64,000 bases of DNA from Candidatus Eiseniibacteriota bacterium (GTDB lineage Bacteria > Eisenbacteria > RBG-16-71-46 > CAZAMP01), in NCBI GenBank assembly GCA_965224245.1, contig OZ245046.1, positions 2,432,001 through 2,496,000 on the forward strand. Direction: 5' to 3'. Below the pieces are notes generated by a model. It was not told where the DNA came from and searched no databases. It saw only the letters and a program-made list of their open reading frames with translations. A program made the translations under genes and the position numbers. Positions 59,376-64,000 of this stretch are shown in pieces (position 1 is the first letter of the stretch; each line of letters starts with the position of its first letter).

Positions 59376-60287
59376 TCACCCGGCCTCGTGGCCGAACAGC
59401 CGATCCCTGGCCACCTCGAGAAGTAAACGTACGGCCGGATGCTTGACCTTTCGCTCCACGGAGATGGCGTAGAAGCGCTCGCGAAGCTCGGGAAGACGGC
59501 CGACCACCCGTACGCGATACTGCCGCACGATCTCGTCCTCGATGACGCTGGGGCCGATGAAGAGCCCGAGCCCGGCCTGACCGAACACCTTCAAGAGCGC
59601 ACTGTCCTCGAACTCCGCCACGATCCGGGGGCGGAAGCCGGTGCGTTCGCACCACCCGTCGAAGGCGCGCCGCAGCGCCGTGCTGGTGGTCGGCAACAGG
59701 AACGGCGCGCCGTCGAGAGAGTCGGGGAACCTCTCGAGGTGTCGCTCCGCGAGATCGCCGACACCGAAGACCGTCGACTCGCAGCCCCCGATCTCGTGGT
59801 TGAAGGCCCGGATGTTCACGTCGGCGCCGATCGGACCGTCCGACAGCACCAGATCCAGCTCGTGAACCGCCAGCCGCGCCAGGAGCTCGGGCGACTTGCC
59901 CTCGAAGCAGATCAGCTGAGTGGGCTCGGTCGAGGCCAGGGCCGGATCGAGGAGTCGATGGGCCACGAGCTTGGGGACGACGTCCACGACGCCCACGCGG
60001 AAGCGAAGCGGGCTTCCCGCCGGCCGCCCCTTCACCACGTGCCTGAGCTCGCGACCGAGCGCGAAGATCTCGTCCGCGTAGCGGTAGACCAGACGACCGG
60101 TCTCGGTCAGCACGAGCTTCCGGCCGGAGCGAGAGAAGAGCCTCGCCTCCAGATCGGCCTCGAGACGTCTTATCTGGGCGGAGATCGTGGGCTGGGCCAG
60201 CTGCAGCTTCTCACCGGCAGCGACGATGGTCCCCTCCCTGGCCACGGTCCAGAAGTACAAGAGATGATGGTAGTTGAGCCATTCCAT
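59376..60287 (-). CDS. nhaR: LysR-type transcriptional activator NhaR
   Basis: MEWLNYHHLLYFW, EFEDSALLKVFG, ERKVKHPAV; adjacent to nhaA. Confidence 0.95.
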   Translation of the reverse strand: MEWLNYHHLLYFWTVAREGTIVAAGEKLQLAQPTISAQIRRLEADLEARLFSRSGRKLVLTETGRLVYRYADEIFALGRELRHVVKGRPAGSPLRFRVGVVDVVPKLVAHRLLDPALASTEPTQLICFEGKSPELLARLAVHELDLVLSDGPIGADVNIRAFNHEIGGCESTVFGVGDLAERHLERFPDSLDGAPFLLPTTSTALRRAFDGWCERTGFRPRIVAEFEDSALLKVFGQAGLGLFIGPSVIEDEIVRQYRVRVVGRLPELRERFYAISVERKVKHPAVRLLLEVARDRLFGHEAG

Positions 60288-60301
60288 GATCAGAAACGTT
60301 A

Positions 60302-60318
60302 CATCGGCTGAGACGATG
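60302..60318. promoter_or_regulatory. LysR (NhaR) binding palindrome
   Basis: CATCG-N7-CGATG (T-N11-A) in the divergent nhaR/hpf intergenic region, next to an AT-rich tract. Confidence 0.6.
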
Positions 60319-60425
60319 GTTCAACATTTTATTTTCTATTTTTCTAATTCTCGATTCATCCCGATACTCCCCGTGCGTGGCAGGAGTCACGCGGTGCCCG
60401 ACTACCCGTGCAAGGAGATGACCCG

Positions 60426-60809
60426 ATGCGGCTCGAGATTCACAGTCGGAGCTTTCCCCTCACCCCGTACCTCAGTCGCCACGTGGAAGGGCGTGTCCAC
60501 CATGCGCTGGATCGGGTGCTGCCGCGCGTCTCGGTCGTGTCCGTGCGGCTGGCCGACGTCAATGGTCCTCGTGGCGGTAGCGACAAGCACTGCGGGGTGA
60601 CCGTCCGGCTGGCCGACGGCCAGACGGTGGTGATCCGCGAGCTGGACGCCTGCGCCTATCGCGTGGTGGACCGAGCGGTGACTCGCATGAAGCGCCAGGT
60701 CAAGGAGCGGCTCAAGGCGCAGCGCCAGCGGCGGCGCGGGCGTCTGACCATCCGACGTCCGGATCGCGAGCCGGGCGATGACGACGCCGACGCGGCGGCC
60801 GTGGCCTGA
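60426..60809 (+). CDS. HPF/RaiA family ribosome-associated protein
   Basis: VRLADVNGPRGGSDKHC...AYRVVDRAV. RBS AAGGAG. Confidence 0.85.
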   Translation: MRLEIHSRSFPLTPYLSRHVEGRVHHALDRVLPRVSVVSVRLADVNGPRGGSDKHCGVTVRLADGQTVVIRELDACAYRVVDRAVTRMKRQVKERLKAQRQRRRGRLTIRRPDREPGDDDADAAAVA

Positions 60810-60869
60810 TCGACGACGATGGGCCTTCGCGGGGGTTGGGCCTTCAACCAACCCCCGCCGCGGCGGGGA
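60808..60869 (+). repeat. Structured repeat element, copy 1
   Basis: Core GGGGGTTGGGCCTTCAACCAACCCCC (60831-60856) is identical to 61783-61808. Confidence 0.85.
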
Positions 60870-60893
60870 TCGAGTAACGTCCGGATATTTTTC

Positions 60894-60922
60894 TTGACAT
60901 TATGCTCGACATGCCCGAGAAT
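60894..60922 (+). promoter_or_regulatory. Sigma70 promoter for CIA30 gene
   Basis: TTGACA-17 nt-GAGAAT, followed by AAGGAGG and ATG 60949. Confidence 0.6.
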
Positions 60923-60948
60923 GCGGGTCGTTCGAAGGAGGTCCGGGA

Positions 60949-61671
60949 ATGGTGACATCGGATTACGTGGCCTGCATCGCCGCGGTCATCCTGCTGGCGG
61001 CGGTTCCGGCAGCCGCCGAGACGGGGGTCGTCGACCGCTCGTCCAGCGGGTCGAGCGCCGTGTCGCCGTCCTCGGAGCGTGTTCGTTTGGAGGTCGCGCC
61101 GATGTCTGCCGTACACGATCTGGTCGACTTCTCGACGCGTGGCGAGATCGATCGCTGGCGCGTGGTGAACGACGGCGTGATGGGAGGACTCTCGCGGAGT
61201 CGCCTCGTCGCGGTCTCGGATTCCACCGCCGCCTTCGAGGGCGTGCTCTCTCTCGAGAACGACGGGGGCTTCGCGTCGATCCGGCGCGCATCCAGCCGTT
61301 ACGACATGGCGGATGCGAGCGCGATCGAGGTCGTCGTCAGAGGAGATGGCCGACCGTACCAGCTTCGGCTGCGCACGAACGACGGGCTCGATGGGATCGC
61401 GTACCGGGCGACCTTCGACACCGTGCCGGGTGAGTGGCTCCGGATCGCCATCCCGTTCGACGAGTTCGTCGCGAGCTATCGGGGCCGGCGCGTTCCCGGC
61501 GCCCCCTCGCTCGACCCCGCCGACGTGCGTCAGCTGGGGTTTCTGCTCGCGGACGAGCGCCCCGGCCCGTTCAGGCTCGAGGTGCGCTCGGTTCGGGCAC
61601 GCGGGAGCGAGCCCATGGGCTCGGAGGGATCCGACTCGTCGGGCGGCGGGTCGGCAACGGGCGCCACGTAG
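60949..61671 (+). CDS. CIA30 family protein (exported)
   Basis: WRVVNDGVMGGLS, LSLENDGGFAS, RGDGRPY, GPFRLEV. Confidence 0.9.
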   Translation: MVTSDYVACIAAVILLAAVPAAAETGVVDRSSSGSSAVSPSSERVRLEVAPMSAVHDLVDFSTRGEIDRWRVVNDGVMGGLSRSRLVAVSDSTAAFEGVLSLENDGGFASIRRASSRYDMADASAIEVVVRGDGRPYQLRLRTNDGLDGIAYRATFDTVPGEWLRIAIPFDEFVASYRGRRVPGAPSLDPADVRQLGFLLADERPGPFRLEVRSVRARGSEPMGSEGSDSSGGGSATGAT

Positions 61672-61761
61672 GCGCCAGGCGACGGCTCGGGGTCCGACGT
61701 CTCGACGTCAAGGTCTCGAGCACCGCTGCGTTGATGCGGATGCGATGGCCGCCGGTCAGCG

Positions 61762-61823
61762 GATCGACAACAACGGCCTTCCGGGGGTTGGGCCTTCAAC
61801 CAACCCCCCGACGGCGGGGGGAC
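61762..61823 (+). repeat. Structured repeat element, copy 2
   Basis: GATCGACAACAACGGCCTTCC-GGGGGTTGGGCCTTCAACCAACCCCC-CGACGGCGGGG. Confidence 0.85.
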
Positions 61824-62057
61824 GTCTGGTCACCGTGCCGCTGTCGAACCCGACGAGTCTCTCGATGACCCACCAACGTCGACGCCCAGGCGCAGACGTT
61901 CCAGGAGCACTCGGCCTCGTCCCCCTTCTGACCCCGTCTGATGCTCCCTGGCATGTGCTCGCTGCACGACGCGACCTCTCGGCCTCGTCGCTCGAGACGA
62001 TGAGCGGCCACTGCGCCCCGCATCATGCGCTCCGCGGCGTCTGCGTATTCGACGAAC

Positions 62058-62747
62058 TCAGAACACGCCGGCGATGTACGCAAGCCCCATGAGTCCCAGA
62101 ATCGCCGCGCTGATCCTCGGCAGCAGATGTTCGTATCGGTGGAGCCTCTTCTCGAAGCGATTGAGCGTCGCGATGGCCAGGCATGTCAAGACCACGAGAC
62201 TCACGGCCACCGCAATGGCATAGACACCCATGACCAGCCACGCGTTCGCCTTCCCCGCCGCGAGCGCGATGATCGCGAACTCCTCCTCGTGAACGAAGCC
62301 GAGCGCAAACGCAAAGCCGGCGAGACCCATGAGACTCCCGACGGACTTTCCATCTCCGACAGCGTGGTCGTGGTGGTGATGGCCGTGATCGTGGTGCTGA
62401 TCACCGGCGCGGTGATGGTGGTGATGGTGATGATGGTGCCCACCACGCCACTGATGAGCGGCCATGAGCAGAAGCAGTGCACCCGCCACGACGTTCATCC
62501 AACCGAGGGAGTCGAGGTCCCACACGTGGTTCGCGAGCGCATACAGCGCGACGACGGCGAAGGACGACGTGAGGTGCGCAACACCCAGGATCACGGCGGC
62601 CCATATGCCGTACCACCACCGATACCGCTTGCGGAGCGCGAAGATCGCGGCGACCGGCCAGCCGTGCCCGGGCTCCACGCCGTGGAGCATCCCGATCGAG
62701 ATCGCGGTGGCGTAGACGGCAGCCGTCCCCTGGAGTGGCATGCTCAC
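62058..62747 (-). CDS. His-rich Ni/Co transporter-like membrane protein (RcnA/NiCoT-like)
   Basis: GMLHGVEPGHGWP, poly-His loop HHHHHHHH...HHDHGHHHHDH, GFVHEEE. Confidence 0.8.
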   Translation of the reverse strand: MSMPLQGTAAVYATAISIGMLHGVEPGHGWPVAAIFALRKRYRWWYGIWAAVILGVAHLTSSFAVVALYALANHVWDLDSLGWMNVVAGALLLLMAAHQWRGGHHHHHHHHHRAGDQHHDHGHHHHDHAVGDGKSVGSLMGLAGFAFALGFVHEEEFAIIALAAGKANAWLVMGVYAIAVAVSLVVLTCLAIATLNRFEKRLHRYEHLLPRISAAILGLMGLAYIAGVF

Positions 62748-64000
62748 CTCCCGGCGTGATCGAGTGTCTCGGTTGCGCGGTCCGACGTCAGATCCGAGCC
62801 CGCCCAGCGAGTGAACAGGACCGGTACCAGAATCATGTTCAGGAACGTGGAGGTCAGAAGACCCCCGATCAGGACCTCGCCCATCGGGCTCTGGATCTCG
62901 TTCCCCGGCTTCGTTCCCGCGAGTACGAGCGGCACGAGCGCGAGTCCGGCGGTCAGTGCAGTCATCAGAACCGGCGCCAGTCGCTCCTCAGACCCCTTGC
63001 GCACGGCCTCCCCGATCTCGAGTCCCTCGCGCATGAGGTCTTGATATCGCGAGACCAGAAGCACGCCGTTGCGCGTTGCGACGCCGAACAACGTGATGAA
63101 ACCCACGAGCGCGGCGATGCTCAGGACCCCCTCGCCGATCGCCACCGCGAAGACACCGCCGATCATCGCCAGCGGGAGGTTGACGAGCACGATGAGCGTG
63201 TGCCGGTGGTTTCGGAAGGCGACGTACAGCAGCGCATACATGGCAATCAAGATCAGAACGGCCAGTAGCATGAGCGTCCGTGCACTCTTGGCGCCCTCCT
63301 CGAACTGACCGCCGTAGCTGATCCGGTATCCTGTCGGGAGGTCCATCGCCTCCGAAACGGCCCGTCGTGCCCGCTCGACCGTGCCAGCCAGATCGGCCCC
63401 CTCGATGTTCGCCGTCAAGACGCCGACGCGCTGCACGTTCTCTCGCCGAACCAGGCTCGGGCCCAGGTCGAAGCGGACCTGCGCGACATCATCGAGTCGC
63501 AGCACCGCTCCGTCGGGCACTACGACCGGGATCTCACCGAGCTGATCTCGATGCTCGCGCAGCCGCTCCGGCAGCGTGACCACGATGCGTGATGGGACGC
63601 CGTGCTCGACGATCTCACCCACCTCCGTACCCTGAAACGCCGCCTCGACGATCTCGGCGAGATCGGATGCACCTAGGCCGTGACGCGCCATGCGCGTGCG
63701 GTCGAAATCGAGCAGAAGCTGAGGGACGCTCGCCTGCTCCTGGTTACTGAGGTCCACGATTCCCGGAACTCCGCGCACGATCTCCTCCACGCGGCTCGCG
63801 ATGCCGCGGATCACCGAGAGATCGGAACCGAAGACCTTGACGGCGAGATTCGACTTGCTGCCCGAGATCATGTGATCGATCCGGTGACTGATCGGCTGCC
63901 CGAAGCTGACCGTCGCGCCGGGAATCATCGCGACCGCATCTCGCATCTCGGCAAGTAGCGCTGCCTTTGGCCGCCCTTCCTGGAGGACGACTTCCATCTC
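62744..64000 (-). CDS. CusA/CzcA heavy-metal efflux RND permease (5' end off window)
   Basis: ISHRIDHMISG, RRENVQR, NLPLAMIGG, GFITLFGVATRNGVLL, ERLAPVLMTAL, GGLLTST. Confidence 0.93.
   Translation of the reverse strand, partial: EMEVVLQEGRPKAALLAEMRDAVAMIPGATVSFGQPISHRIDHMISGSKSNLAVKVFGSDLSVIRGIASRVEEIVRGVPGIVDLSNQEQASVPQLLLDFDRTRMARHGLGASDLAEIVEAAFQGTEVGEIVEHGVPSRIVVTLPERLREHRDQLGEIPVVVPDGAVLRLDDVAQVRFDLGPSLVRRENVQRVGVLTANIEGADLAGTVERARRAVSEAMDLPTGYRISYGGQFEEGAKSARTLMLLAVLILIAMYALLYVAFRNHRHTLIVLVNLPLAMIGGVFAVAIGEGVLSIAALVGFITLFGVATRNGVLLVSRYQDLMREGLEIGEAVRKGSEERLAPVLMTALTAGLALVPLVLAGTKPGNEIQSPMGEVLIGGLLTSTFLNMILVPVLFTRWAGSDLTSDRATETLDHAGR

Noticed and set aside
60807-60870. Sec readthrough of the hpf TGA, which is followed by a hairpin
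   Set aside because: The HPF domain is already complete, there is no Cys-like context, and the same hairpin recurs at 61783 without an associated gene stop.

Overview
High-GC (~70%) chromosomal DNA from a diderm bacterium. Secreted proteins with FlgD-Ig/T9SS-like C-terminal domains and a short C-terminal 'SWGxLKxxY' motif suggest, by inference, an FCB-group candidate lineage (Eisenbacteria/Krumholzibacteria/Latescibacteria-like). The left part holds envelope and housekeeping genes: M14 peptidase, lpoB, an orphan QhpD-like radical SAM/SPASM enzyme, tolA-tolB-pal-cpoB, mdh and a KH protein. Next come three tandem Cys-rich secreted P-domain paralogs, each with its own promoter, leader and terminator. 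The remainder is accessory genes, an ECF sigma/anti-sigma/caspase module, nhaR-nhaA, hpf and a heavy-metal RND system. Main discovery: two exported proteins that the ORF track splits are continuous reading frames interrupted by four in-frame TGA codons, each followed by a SECIS-like hairpin. (1) 32296-34071(+): signal peptide, PQQ-type beta-propeller with Sec55, a U-x-x-U motif with two overlapping hairpins, and a C-terminal beta-barrel-like domain. (2) 44870-46300(-): a secreted FlgD-CTD protein with a C-x-x-U motif. Each lies directly upstream of a TlpA-type thiol-disulfide reductase gene. Together they look like an undescribed set of cell-surface selenoproteins. No rRNA, tRNA, CRISPR array or intact mobile element was seen.
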